64,000 bases of DNA, from assembly GCA_905614365.1 (NCBI GenBank), contig CAJQSO010000019.1, positions 22,259 through 86,258 on the forward strand, in the 5' to 3' direction. Made by a program: the position numbers and the translations under genes. Positions 32,138 to 42,336 of the stretch are shown in pieces. This DNA is from an uncultured Candidatus Thioglobus sp. (GTDB lineage: Bacteria > Pseudomonadota > Gammaproteobacteria > PS1 > Pseudothioglobaceae). Each line of letters opens with the position of its first letter. The first letter of the stretch is position 1. The notes under the pieces were generated by a model. It saw nothing but the letters and a program-made list of their open reading frames with translations, was not told where the DNA came from and made no database searches.

Positions 32138-34431
32138 TAAATCAAATTAAAAAGGTAGGCGTCATTGGCGCCGGAACAATGGGTGCTGGTATTGCTGGTC
32201 AAGTTGCAAATGCTGGGATAGAAGTCTGGCTTCTTGATCTTCCTAGTGAGGGTCAGAACGTAAATATCCTTGCGAATAAAGGACTTGAAAGACTTAAAGA
32301 TCCAGACATGCCTGGACTTATGAGTAAGGAAGCAGAAAGCCTTATAAAGATTGGAAACACACGTGATCACTTCCATGAGCTGGAGGATTGCGACTGGATT
32401 GCTGAAGCTGTTGTAGAAAGACTAGATATTAAACAAGCACTTTACAAGCGACTTAATGAAAACTGCAAAGAGTCAACAATCATTACATCTAACACCTCAA
32501 CAATTCCAATTAGCCTACTGACAGAAGGAATGCCACAAAGCTTTTGTGAGCGTTTTGCGATCACTCACTTTTTTAATCCCGTTCGCTTTATGAGACTCTT
32601 AGAGCTTGTGAGAGGAGAGCAAACCAGGAAAGATGTAATAGATACACTTGATACGTTTTGTGAAACAATGCTTGGAAAGGGAGTTGTCTCTTGCTCTGAT
32701 ACACCTGGTTTTCTTGCAAATAGAGTTGGTGTTTTTGCAATTCAGTGTGCTCTTCACAAAGCATTTAAATACAAGCTTTCACCAACAGAGGCTGATGCTT
32801 TTTTTGGAAGGCCACTTGGTCTCCCTAAAACTGGGGTCTTTGGGCTTTATGATTTAATTGGTATCGACCTTATGGCAGACGTTGCAAAAAGCCTTGAAAG
32901 CATCCTGCCAGAAAATGATCCTTTTCATGAATACTCATCGCCTATTCCCTTTGTCTCTGAAATGATTGCTAATGGCCAAACTGGAAATAAAAATGACCAG
33001 GGTTTTTATAAGCAGGTTGGTGATGATAAAAAAGTAATTGATCTTTCTAATGGAAACTATATTGACCATGAGCGCTTAAAAATGCCATTGCTTGATAAGG
33101 CAGAAAAACTCGGAGTAACTGCAATTATTAGCGATGAAAGTAGCTATGGTAACTATATTTGGGATGTGCTCTCTGAAACTCTTTGTTACGCGGCCTCTTT
33201 AGTGCCAGAAGTCACTGAAGATCTTACTCAAATTGATGATGCAATGAAGCTAGGCTATAACTGGGTCAGAGGACCATTTGAGCTAGTTGATGAAATTGGT
33301 ATAGAGTATTTTATCAATAGGCTTCAAAGCAATGGAAAAGAGGTTCCCGACTTTCTTCTAAGTAGTGCTAACAAAAAATTTTATAGTAGCTCAAATTCAA
33401 CACTCAGTGCCCTTTCTCCATCTGGAAAGCCCACCCCAATTCTAAGATCAAAAGGTGTGCTTAGATTTTCTGAGGCTAGGCAAACTTTAAAGCCGGCTAA
33501 TTCTAATGAGTCTGGTAGTTGGTATGAATATGAAGGTGCTGCAATTGTTGAGTTTCACTCAAAAGCTAATGCGCTTGATAGTAAAAGCCTAGATATGATT
33601 TCTGATGCCGTTATTGAGTCTGAAAAGAAAGGACTTCGGGGTGTAATAATTCACAATGACTTCCAGCACTTTTCTTGTGGAGTGAGTCTATGGAGCGTCA
33701 GAAACTGCTTTGAAAAAAACGACTTTGATGGTCTAGATGCATTTCTAACTTACTTTCAAAATACTATGCTGCAAATGAGAAACTCAAAACTTCCAGTTAT
33801 TGCGGCGCCTGTTGGAATGTCAATCGGTGGAGGGTTTGAAGTTGTGCTTCATGCAGATCATGTAGTTAGTCATGCAAACTCGGTTATGGGTCTTGTTGAA
33901 TCTTTTGTAGGGGTTGTGCCTGCTGGTGGAGGGTGTAAAGAGACGCTTTATCGATGGACAGAAAAACTTGAAGATTCTAAAAAAGGTGCATGGAAAGCTT
34001 TTATGAATATTGGTCTAGGTAGAAAAGCTAACTCGCCGCAAGAGGCTGATGGTCTATCAATGCGAAGGCCTGATGATGTTTTTCATATGAACCGTGATCG
34101 TATATTAAATATTGCTCTTTCATCACTTGATGACACTAAAAAAGCTGGCAAAAGAAAGCCGCTTACTCTGTCTGGGAATGAGCAATTTCAAGAGATGCTT
34201 GAGTGGCTTGAAGTAAATCATAATAAAGGGATGCTTACACCGCATGATGTGACTGTTGGAACCGAAATTGGGAGAATTATGTCTGGTGGTGAATGTTCTG
34301 CTGGAACTATCTTTACTGAACAAGAAATTCTAAATGCTGAGCGCTCCTCCTTTATAACTCTTGCTCAAACCCAAGAAACTCAAGCAAGAATAGTTTCCAT
34401 GCTAGATAATGGCATTACTCTTAGAAATTAA
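32134..34431 (+). CDS. 3-hydroxyacyl-CoA dehydrogenase / enoyl-CoA hydratase (FadN-type order)
   Basis: GAGTMGAGIA, EAVVE, SNTST, HFFNP at the N-terminus; crotonase motifs GGGFE and GLVESFVGVVPAGGG at the C-terminus. Confidence 0.9.
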   Translation: MINQIKKVGVIGAGTMGAGIAGQVANAGIEVWLLDLPSEGQNVNILANKGLERLKDPDMPGLMSKEAESLIKIGNTRDHFHELEDCDWIAEAVVERLDIKQALYKRLNENCKESTIITSNTSTIPISLLTEGMPQSFCERFAITHFFNPVRFMRLLELVRGEQTRKDVIDTLDTFCETMLGKGVVSCSDTPGFLANRVGVFAIQCALHKAFKYKLSPTEADAFFGRPLGLPKTGVFGLYDLIGIDLMADVAKSLESILPENDPFHEYSSPIPFVSEMIANGQTGNKNDQGFYKQVGDDKKVIDLSNGNYIDHERLKMPLLDKAEKLGVTAIISDESSYGNYIWDVLSETLCYAASLVPEVTEDLTQIDDAMKLGYNWVRGPFELVDEIGIEYFINRLQSNGKEVPDFLLSSANKKFYSSSNSTLSALSPSGKPTPILRSKGVLRFSEARQTLKPANSNESGSWYEYEGAAIVEFHSKANALDSKSLDMISDAVIESEKKGLRGVIIHNDFQHFSCGVSLWSVRNCFEKNDFDGLDAFLTYFQNTMLQMRNSKLPVIAAPVGMSIGGGFEVVLHADHVVSHANSVMGLVESFVGVVPAGGGCKETLYRWTEKLEDSKKGAWKAFMNIGLGRKANSPQEADGLSMRRPDDVFHMNRDRILNIALSSLDDTKKAGKRKPLTLSGNEQFQEMLEWLEVNHNKGMLTPHDVTVGTEIGRIMSGGECSAGTIFTEQEILNAERSSFITLAQTQETQARIVSMLDNGITLRN

Positions 34432-34442
34432 CAGTCGAGACT

Positions 34443-36056
34443 ATGAATAAAAATCCTGCTAATTTTGTGCCCCTAACCCCTATTTCTTTTTTACATAGAA
34501 CTGCGGACATTTATGCAGATCATCCATCCGTTGTCTATGAAGATAGGACTTATACTTGGAGTCAGTCTAGAGAGAGATGCGTTAGAATTGCCTCAAGTCT
34601 AAAAAGTTATGGCATAAAGTCAGGTGACACTGTTTCAGTACTGGCGTTTAATACTCCCGAAATGTTTGAATCACATTTTTCCATTCCAATGGCTGGTGCA
34701 ATACTAAACACCATCAATATTAGACTGGATGCCGCAACAATTGCATACATTTTTGACGATAGCAATGCAAAAATTCTTTTTGTTGATAGAGAGCTCTTTG
34801 CTGTTGCATCTGAGGCCCTTTCTATGGCTTCAGTTAGTCCAAAAATAGTAGTAATTAATGACTCTTTCGCTGAATCACAGCCAGAAATTCCCTCGGATAT
34901 AATAGATTATGAATCCCTTGTTGAGAATGGAGATCCTCAATATAACTGGCAAATGCCTAATGATGAGTGGAGTCCTCTTTCGCTTAGCTACACCTCTGGA
35001 ACAACTGGGAAGCCTAAAGGTGTCGTCTATCATCATCGTGGTTCATATTTAATGAGTATGGGTACTGTGATTGGCTGGAATCTTCCAAACCACCCTGTAT
35101 ATCTTTACTCTGTACCATTATTTCACTGCAACGGCTGGGGCCATGCCTGGACAATGGCTGCGCTCGCTGGGACAATTATTTGCCTTAGATCCTTTGCACC
35201 AGAAAGAGTATTTAGCCTGCTTGAAAAACACAAAGTAACTCATTTTGGTGGGGCCCCTATAATGCTTAATATGCTTGCTAATGCCCCTAAGGAATCGCAA
35301 AAGTCTTTCGATAGAGAAATTAAGGTAATGACTGCAGGTGCACCGCCCCCAGCAAAAGTTCTTGAAAGCATGATGAAACTAGGATTTAATGTTATGCATG
35401 TGTATGGCCTGACTGAAACGTATGGACATATCCTTCAGGCAGCGCCTCAAGCCTCTTGGCTTAATAAGAGTCCAGCTGAGCTTGCTAAGCTAAGCTCAAG
35501 GCAAGGAGTAAGATTCCCAATGACTGAGGATGTTAGCGTCATCGACCAGGATACTGGGCAGCATGTTCCGCATGACGGTGAGGCAATTGGTGAAATTGTT
35601 ATTCGCTGTAATACCTGCATGATGGGCTATTGGAACAACCCTAAGGCAACAGAGGAGGCTTTTGCAGATGGCTGGTTTCATAGTGGTGACCTAGCAGTTA
35701 TCCATAGTGATGGGTACATTCAAATTAAAGACAGATCAAAAGATATCATCATATCGGGTGGTGAGAATATTTCTTCCGTTGAGGTTGAAAATGTCCTTTA
35801 CCAACACTCTGCAGTTGGAGAAGCAGCAGTTGTAGCAATGCCAGATGAAACTTGGGGAGAGGTGCCATGTGCATTCGTAGAACTCAAGTCTGGCCAAGAG
35901 GCAACTGAAGATGAACTTATAGTTTTTTGCAAGAACAATATGGCTAGATTTAAAAGACCAAAAAAAGTTGTCTTTGGGCCGCTCCCAAAAACTGCGACTG
36001 GAAAAATTCAAAAACACGTGCTCAGAGCATCAGTTAAAAAACTGGGAGAAGAATAA
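34443..36056 (+). CDS. Acyl-CoA synthetase, MMPA-CoA ligase (DmdB)-like
   Basis: ANFVPLTPISFL, YTSGTTGKPKGVVYHHRG, FHCNGW, YGLTETYG, KTATGKIQK. Confidence 0.8.
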   Translation: MNKNPANFVPLTPISFLHRTADIYADHPSVVYEDRTYTWSQSRERCVRIASSLKSYGIKSGDTVSVLAFNTPEMFESHFSIPMAGAILNTINIRLDAATIAYIFDDSNAKILFVDRELFAVASEALSMASVSPKIVVINDSFAESQPEIPSDIIDYESLVENGDPQYNWQMPNDEWSPLSLSYTSGTTGKPKGVVYHHRGSYLMSMGTVIGWNLPNHPVYLYSVPLFHCNGWGHAWTMAALAGTIICLRSFAPERVFSLLEKHKVTHFGGAPIMLNMLANAPKESQKSFDREIKVMTAGAPPPAKVLESMMKLGFNVMHVYGLTETYGHILQAAPQASWLNKSPAELAKLSSRQGVRFPMTEDVSVIDQDTGQHVPHDGEAIGEIVIRCNTCMMGYWNNPKATEEAFADGWFHSGDLAVIHSDGYIQIKDRSKDIIISGGENISSVEVENVLYQHSAVGEAAVVAMPDETWGEVPCAFVELKSGQEATEDELIVFCKNNMARFKRPKKVVFGPLPKTATGKIQKHVLRASVKKLGEE

Positions 36057-37810
36057 TGTCAAACTATACCGCGCCTGTTGAGGATATGAGCTTTGTATTA
36101 AAGGAAGTTGTTGAGATTGAAAAACTTTGTAATGAAACTGGCCTTGACACTTCAACAGTTGACATCATTGATACAATTTTAGATGCTGCCGGCAAGCTTG
36201 CAAAAGAAGAAATAGAACCGATTAACAAAACTGGAGACTCAGAGGGTTTAAAAATTGACAGCTCTGGCAAAATTACAACTGCAAATGGTTTTAAAGAGGC
36301 CTACCATCACTTTGTGGAGGGAGGTTGGGGGTCGTTACAATTCTCGCCTAACTATGGTGGACAAGGGGTTCCCTTTGTTGTCGCTGCAAGCGTTCAAGAG
36401 ATGTGGCATTCGGCGAACATGTCATGGGGTCTGTGCCCTCTCCTTACTCAAGGTGCAGTGGAAGCAATAACTCTGAATGCAAATGAGGAACTCAAGCAGC
36501 GCTATCTTCCAAAACTTATATCTGGTGAGTGGAGTGGAACGATGAACCTTACTGAAGGTGATGCAGGGACAGATGTCGGCGCACTTAAAACGCGCGCAAC
36601 TCCAAATGGTGATCACTACTTACTCCATGGTCAAAAAATTTATATCACTTGGGGTGAGCACGACATGTCTGAGAATATCATTCATTTAGTATTAGCCCGA
36701 CTGCCAGATGCACCTGAAGGAGTTAAAGGAATTTCATTATTTTTGGTTCCTAAGATACTTGTTAATAATGATGGCTCCCTTGGAAAACCAAACGACCTAA
36801 AGGCATTATCAATCGAACATAAAATTGGAATTCATGCGTGTCCCACATGTGTCATGAGCTATGGTGACGAAGATGGGGCAATTGGCTACTTGGTTGGCGA
36901 AGAAAATAGAGGTATACAGTGCATGTTCACAATGATGAATAATGCAAGACTCACAGTTGGACTCCAGGGAGTATCAGTTTCAGAACGCGCATACCAGCAA
37001 GCTCTTAGTTTTTGCAATGATCGGGTTCAGGGCATTGCTCCAGGCTATGAAGAACCTGGTCCAATCATTAGACATCCTGATGTGCAAAGAATGTTAGCAA
37101 ATATGAAATCAATAACCGAAGCATCCAGAGCTTTAGCCTATTCTGCTTGTGCCGAAGTTGACTATTCTGGAAGCGACCTACCAAAAGAATCACTAGAAAA
37201 ACATAAAAGAAAACTTGGAATTCTAACGCCAGTTGTAAAGGGGTGGTGCACTGAAACTGCACAAGAGGTTGCCTCCGTCAGCCTTCAGTGTCATGGAGGA
37301 ATGGGCTATGTTGAAGAGACTGGAATTGCTCAGATTTTAAGGGATGCACGCATACTACCAATCTATGAAGGGACCAATGGAATTCAGGCAATGGACCTCG
37401 TTGGTAGAAAAATAATTAGTGATGGTGGGCATGGAATCACTGAGCTGATATCAGAGATGAAAGAGTGCTCTAATAGTAAATCATTGGCAGAGTTGGTTTC
37501 AAACTCACAGATAACAAGGTATGCTAAATCTCTAGATGATCTTGGAACTGCTACTTCAATAATTCTTAACAATTCTAAAGATAGCACTCACTCTGGAAAG
37601 GTAGCTTTTGATGCTTTAATGATGCTTGGAACGATTGCGGGTGCCTGGCAAATGCTTAAAAGCCTAGAAAGAGCAAAAAATGCTTCAGAACACAACTCTG
37701 TATCTTCTGAATTTTTAGAGGAAAAGACCGACACAGTTAAACATTATTTAGACTTTATCTTGCCAAGATATTTAGCTAACTTTGCGACAATATGTGCAGT
37801 CTCTGAGTAA
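36056..37810 (+). CDS. Acyl-CoA dehydrogenase, MMPA-CoA dehydrogenase (DmdC)-like
   Basis: GTMNLTE, KIYITWGEHD, MFTMMNNARL, HGGMGYVEETG, IYEGTNGIQAMDL. Confidence 0.8.
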   Translation: MSNYTAPVEDMSFVLKEVVEIEKLCNETGLDTSTVDIIDTILDAAGKLAKEEIEPINKTGDSEGLKIDSSGKITTANGFKEAYHHFVEGGWGSLQFSPNYGGQGVPFVVAASVQEMWHSANMSWGLCPLLTQGAVEAITLNANEELKQRYLPKLISGEWSGTMNLTEGDAGTDVGALKTRATPNGDHYLLHGQKIYITWGEHDMSENIIHLVLARLPDAPEGVKGISLFLVPKILVNNDGSLGKPNDLKALSIEHKIGIHACPTCVMSYGDEDGAIGYLVGEENRGIQCMFTMMNNARLTVGLQGVSVSERAYQQALSFCNDRVQGIAPGYEEPGPIIRHPDVQRMLANMKSITEASRALAYSACAEVDYSGSDLPKESLEKHKRKLGILTPVVKGWCTETAQEVASVSLQCHGGMGYVEETGIAQILRDARILPIYEGTNGIQAMDLVGRKIISDGGHGITELISEMKECSNSKSLAELVSNSQITRYAKSLDDLGTATSIILNNSKDSTHSGKVAFDALMMLGTIAGAWQMLKSLERAKNASEHNSVSSEFLEEKTDTVKHYLDFILPRYLANFATICAVSE

Positions 37811-37825
37811 TTTATTTGCTAGTTA

Positions 37826-38347
37826 TTAGCTTTTTATCCTAACCATTAGTTCGTTTTTACGAAACATTGGAAGCGCCCATGGTGAATTAAATTGAGCAAC
37901 CATAAAGCCTCCTTTTGCTTCAATCTTATTTTTTAAAAGTAGCTCAGAAAGTTTTTTTTGATAATCCATGCTGCGAGATTCAGTAGCCCAACCCCCAAAA
38001 GATAAAACCGCGACTTCACCAAGACTCTCTTTCTGAATTGAAACTTCACTTGTGTTGGCTTTAGGAAGGTCGATCATGGAGTGTTCTTTGGGCATTACAA
38101 ATGAAATGTTATAAGACTTTAGTCCCTCAGAAGGGCAGTCTGCAATGACAGGTGCGGTCATGGCAATTTTCATTTCTTTATCATTGCCACCAAAAATATA
38201 GCTTGCAATTCTTCTAAATCCAGAAGAAGTTGAGCTCTTGTAGTCAGCTTGAACTTTTGTTGTGGCGATCAACATATCACTATAGTGCCGAACTTCAAAG
38301 CCTTTATGTTTAGAAATTATTTTATAATCAAGGGTTTCAATTGCCAT
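37826..38347 (-). CDS. SOUL family heme-binding protein
   Basis: FEVRHY, GFRRIASYIFGGN, IAMTAPV, SFVMP, FNSPWALPMFRKNE. Confidence 0.9.
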   Translation of the reverse strand: MAIETLDYKIISKHKGFEVRHYSDMLIATTKVQADYKSSTSSGFRRIASYIFGGNDKEMKIAMTAPVIADCPSEGLKSYNISFVMPKEHSMIDLPKANTSEVSIQKESLGEVAVLSFGGWATESRSMDYQKKLSELLLKNKIEAKGGFMVAQFNSPWALPMFRKNELMVRIKS

Positions 38348-38361
38348 TTTTTTAGTTTGAG

Positions 38362-39246
38362 TTATTTTTTTCCAAAATAAGGAATCAGTATTGGTGTGTT
38401 GTTCTTGTATTCAAGATATCCCTTGTCATTGCCCCATTTTTTTTCAGCTTTTTCTTCTAAAAAAGGCAGGCCGCTTATTTTAGTTAAAAGAAGGTAGACA
38501 AAAACTGGTGAAACAAGAGTTAAAAATTGCCAACCAGAAAGCAACGGTAGCGACATTATCGCAATGCCAGTCCACAGAACAATCTCTCCAAAATAGTTTG
38601 GATGGCGTGATATAGACCATAAGCCAAGCGTTATAAACTTATCCTTATTTTCAAGGATCTTACTAAAACTCTTTTTTTGCTTATCTGCAACAGCCTCGAA
38701 AGTAAATCCTAAAATCCAGATGGCAAATCCTGCCATAAAGAATAAATCAAGAGTCACTTGCTGATTTAAAATAATAATAGTAACAGCATTTACTGTCGTT
38801 AAGAAAACCCACAAGGCTGAAAGAGTCCATGTCATTAAAAACTTTGGCAATGACTTCTTTATCTCTCTAAACCTTTTGTCTTCTCCACTTTTAACTATTC
38901 TTATGTAGAGAAATGTCCCAAGTCGTAACGTCCAAATTGATACAAAAATAGCCACAATAGTTGAGCGTATGGATATTTGCTGTCCTGAGCTTAGGAGCGC
39001 AAAAATTGCAGTGGCTATGACTAGAAGGGTTGCAATCATGCCTGTAAAGTCAAAATATTTTTCTGAGCTCGTAATAAGCGAAGGGATTGCAACTATCCAG
39101 TGGACAATAAAGCTAACACCAGCACATAAAAGTATAGCTGGCACTCCATAAAGAACAGCGCCCTCGACTGTTGCAGCAGTTGCAACAAAATAGGCTGTCA
39201 AAATACATGCAACAATAGCGGCTAGATCTTTAAGATTATCTTTCAT
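38362..39246 (-). CDS. DUF1295 (steroid 5-alpha-reductase-like) membrane protein
   Basis: EDKRF, EAVADKQK, GLWSISRHPNYFGE. Confidence 0.9.
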   Translation of the reverse strand: MKDNLKDLAAIVACILTAYFVATAATVEGAVLYGVPAILLCAGVSFIVHWIVAIPSLITSSEKYFDFTGMIATLLVIATAIFALLSSGQQISIRSTIVAIFVSIWTLRLGTFLYIRIVKSGEDKRFREIKKSLPKFLMTWTLSALWVFLTTVNAVTIIILNQQVTLDLFFMAGFAIWILGFTFEAVADKQKKSFSKILENKDKFITLGLWSISRHPNYFGEIVLWTGIAIMSLPLLSGWQFLTLVSPVFVYLLLTKISGLPFLEEKAEKKWGNDKGYLEYKNNTPILIPYFGKK

Positions 39247-40280
39247 TATGGCTTCTCAAAAAGGTAGTGGGAAACACCCCACTCTGATCCATGATTAAAC
39301 CCAAAAAGAACCTCACATGACATGAAAAAAATTCGCCATCTTTGAAACCAAATATTTGCTTCGTCTTTACCGTAAGTTTTTTCGAATAGTTTAAGCACTT
39401 CAGCTTTATTTTTATCCATCTTGTTAAGCCATGCGAGCGAGGTTTTTTCATAGTGTGTTCCTTCAACTCTCCAGTCTTGTTCTATCTTCATTTTGTCTGG
39501 GAAGCTCATTAAAAGACGATGTGAAGGCATTTGTCCCCCACTAAAAAACTCTCTAGCCATCCAGTCCCCCTCGTCTTCATCTTCAAACGGGTATGCAATT
39601 TTATCATGTGAGAAGATATGAACAAAAAGTTTTCCTTCTTGATTAAGCCACCCACTGACTCTCTTTAGAAGCTCGTCATAGTTGCGCATATGTTCAAACA
39701 TTTCAATAGAGACCACTCGATCAAACACCTTATCGATTGAAAAATCATTCATGTCTGCAGTTATAACTTTGATATTTTTTATTTTAAGTTTCGCACATTT
39801 TTTTTCAATGAATTGCCTCTGATCATTTGAATTACTAACAGCAGTAATTTTGCTATTAGGAAAATTTTGTGCCATATAAAAAGTCAAAGAGCCCCATCCA
39901 CAACCTAGCTCTAAAATTTGTTGCCCATCAGAAAGTGCTGCCCTTTCACTAGTTAACTTTAACATCTCAACTTCTGAGTCATCCAAAGTCGAGACTCCCT
40001 GCGGCCAGTACCCAGAACTGTATTTTAAATTCGATCCCAGTACTAATTCAAACAGCCTTGGCGGAACTTCATAGTGTTGCTCATTTGCTTTTTCAGGAAC
40101 TAACGCAACTGGACTCTTATTTAAAGAGGCAATCCATGATGAGTGTCTATTTTCCATCTCCTGCTGACCAATGCTCGTTGCCTCTAAGAGTCTTTGAGCA
40201 CATAAGCGCTTTATACCAAGCCTAATAAGTGCGTCTGGTAATAAGCCATTTTCTGCAAGTTTTATTAATAATTTAATCAT
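39246..40280 (-). CDS. SAM-dependent methyltransferase, CFA-synthase/CMAS family
   Basis: ANEQHYEVP, LKYSS, LELGCGWGSL, VSIEMFEHMRNY, QRWRIFF. Confidence 0.88.
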   Translation of the reverse strand: MIKLLIKLAENGLLPDALIRLGIKRLCAQRLLEATSIGQQEMENRHSSWIASLNKSPVALVPEKANEQHYEVPPRLFELVLGSNLKYSSGYWPQGVSTLDDSEVEMLKLTSERAALSDGQQILELGCGWGSLTFYMAQNFPNSKITAVSNSNDQRQFIEKKCAKLKIKNIKVITADMNDFSIDKVFDRVVSIEMFEHMRNYDELLKRVSGWLNQEGKLFVHIFSHDKIAYPFEDEDEGDWMAREFFSGGQMPSHRLLMSFPDKMKIEQDWRVEGTHYEKTSLAWLNKMDKNKAEVLKLFEKTYGKDEANIWFQRWRIFFMSCEVLFGFNHGSEWGVSHYLFEKP

Positions 40281-40285
40281 TTTTT

Positions 40286-41575
40286 TTAGTATGTAATTTT
40301 AGTATTTTGAGAGTCAGGTTTGGCAAATATAAACTGAAAATCACCAATTAAGTTTTCAAGAAATCCTGCTTCACAGTAGACTAGATAAAAAATCCAAATT
40401 CTTATAAAAGGATCTGAAAAACCAAGCTCTCTTACTTGTGGCAATACTTTTTCAAAATCTTTACGCCAGATCTCGAGTGTCCTTGCATAATGAAGCGTTA
40501 TGTCTTCAGAATCAACCATAATTAAGTCTGTTTTCTGTTTGATTGCTTTTTCAACTTGAGCTACTGAGATTAAGCATGAGCCAGGGAAAATATATTTTCT
40601 TATAAAGTCTACTGAATTTTTATAGGCATCAAAGTCTGGATCGTTATACGTTATTCCTTGAAGCGCCATTAGACCATTTTTCTTCAGTAATGAAGAGGCT
40701 TTTTCAAAGAAGCCAGGCACGTAGTCAGACCCAACAGCCTCAATCATTTCTATCGAAACAATCTTGTCAAAAGAGCCCTCAAGCTCTCTATAGTCTTGGT
40801 TTAATAAAGTTATCTTATTGTCTAGATTTTCTTTACTAACTAAATCAGCAACATAATTAAACTGATTATCTGAGATAGTCGTAGTTGTAACTTTACAGCC
40901 ATAATTTTTAGCCGCATGAGTTGCAAAACTCCCCCACCCTGTTCCAATTTCAAGGACATGGTCATCACTATTAAGGTTCAGTTTTCGACAGAGCCTATCC
41001 AATTTTTCTATTGAAGCATCGTGCATGCTTGACTTCTTATTTAGAAAAATACCGCTTGAGTAAGTCATGGTTGAGTCAAGCCATAGCTGGTAAAAATCAT
41101 TACTCAGATCATAGTGCGCCAAAATATTACTCTTGCTTCCTTTCAGGGTATTTTGTCTAAACTTATGGATTATTTTAGTGATTGGATTTGTTAATCTTGC
41201 AAGTCCAGACTCAAGACCTTCCATAGTTTTTTTATTTCTAATAATAAGCTGAATTAACTGGACCAAGTTATCTGCAGACCAATAACCAGCAGTGAAAGCT
41301 TCTGCCGCACCATTGGTGCCGCCACTTCCTAAAAAAACATAAAACTCTTGAGATGAAACGGTTAAAGTAGCCTTAAGTTCTGATTTGGGTATGCCAAATA
41401 CGTGAATTTCAGAGCCATCAATTATTGTCAGTTCACCTGTTTTTAAGCCTTTAAGTTTTTTAAATAAAATCTTTTTAAAGAAAGAAGTCATTCTGGTGCT
41501 TCTTTGCATTTCTTGAATATTATTTGCTAGGCCATCAACTGAAAGTCTATCTTTATTTTGAATTTCTTGGGTCAT
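40286..41575 (-). CDS. Fatty-acyl methyltransferase, cfa/UfaM-like
   Basis: Start at 41575 overlapping the DUF1365 stop (ATGA); NILAHYDLSNDFY, LEIGTGWG, SIEMIEAVG, YIFPG, YCEAGF. Confidence 0.88.
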   Translation of the reverse strand: MTQEIQNKDRLSVDGLANNIQEMQRSTRMTSFFKKILFKKLKGLKTGELTIIDGSEIHVFGIPKSELKATLTVSSQEFYVFLGSGGTNGAAEAFTAGYWSADNLVQLIQLIIRNKKTMEGLESGLARLTNPITKIIHKFRQNTLKGSKSNILAHYDLSNDFYQLWLDSTMTYSSGIFLNKKSSMHDASIEKLDRLCRKLNLNSDDHVLEIGTGWGSFATHAAKNYGCKVTTTTISDNQFNYVADLVSKENLDNKITLLNQDYRELEGSFDKIVSIEMIEAVGSDYVPGFFEKASSLLKKNGLMALQGITYNDPDFDAYKNSVDFIRKYIFPGSCLISVAQVEKAIKQKTDLIMVDSEDITLHYARTLEIWRKDFEKVLPQVRELGFSDPFIRIWIFYLVYCEAGFLENLIGDFQFIFAKPDSQNTKITY

Positions 41576-42336
41576 AGTTTGTCTGGATGAGTAAAAAATG
41601 GAGCTCTTTTTATATAGAGCATAAATGCTTGCCAATGGATTCTATATACAACCATCAGTGTGATAAATGGAAACCTAGAAATTGCCTTAATAAGACCTGC
41701 GTTTGAAAATGCACGCCTCTTTAGGCTTAGTGAAACATTAAAAACCTTTTTACCGTCTTTAAAGTTTTTCATTTGGACATTTAAAGAGTTTTCAGGATGT
41801 GAAAAAAACCACTCGTAGTCATGGTCCATTCCCCAAAAAGGGCTCACATGTAGTTGTTTTTTAGGAGATGCAGTAAGGCCTGGCTTATTATCATTTTTAG
41901 TCTGCTCTTCTATAATGTAGGCATGCCTTTCTTTCCATGGTGTGTTTGTTACTTCAGCCATTATGGCCTCAACTTTTTGGTCTAAATCATCAAAACAGTA
42001 ATAGAAACTTACTGGGTTAAAACAATGTCCAAAGTACCTCAAGTGCGTTAGTAGTCTTATAGGTCCATTAAAAACTTTACCCGTTTTTTCATGTAGCGTT
42101 TTTCGTACCGCACTATCTAAGTCCAATTCTGGGTCTCCATGGTAGTCCTTCCTCTTAAACGAAACAAGTGCAGGCTTATTAATGTTCCAAAGAAGGGATG
42201 GCTTCATCGTAGAAGCTAAAGATGAGATGTCGATATAGGCCATGAAAATTGGGTATGAGAAAAAACGCTTAAACGGTGTATGGCGCTGATGACTAATCGT
42301 CCCCCAATATAGTTGATGATTTTTAGAGAGCGTCAT
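41572..42336 (-). CDS. DUF1365 protein (UfaO-like)
   Basis: HQRHTP, FNPVSFYYC, AEVTNTPWKERHAY, HVSPF, IHWQA. Confidence 0.9.
   Translation of the reverse strand: MTLSKNHQLYWGTISHQRHTPFKRFFSYPIFMAYIDISSLASTMKPSLLWNINKPALVSFKRKDYHGDPELDLDSAVRKTLHEKTGKVFNGPIRLLTHLRYFGHCFNPVSFYYCFDDLDQKVEAIMAEVTNTPWKERHAYIIEEQTKNDNKPGLTASPKKQLHVSPFWGMDHDYEWFFSHPENSLNVQMKNFKDGKKVFNVSLSLKRRAFSNAGLIKAISRFPFITLMVVYRIHWQAFMLYIKRAPFFTHPDKL

Noticed and set aside
32134-37810. Ordinary fatty-acid beta-oxidation operon
   Set aside because: Not excluded, but disfavoured because there is no thiolase or ETF gene and the genes are coupled to metY
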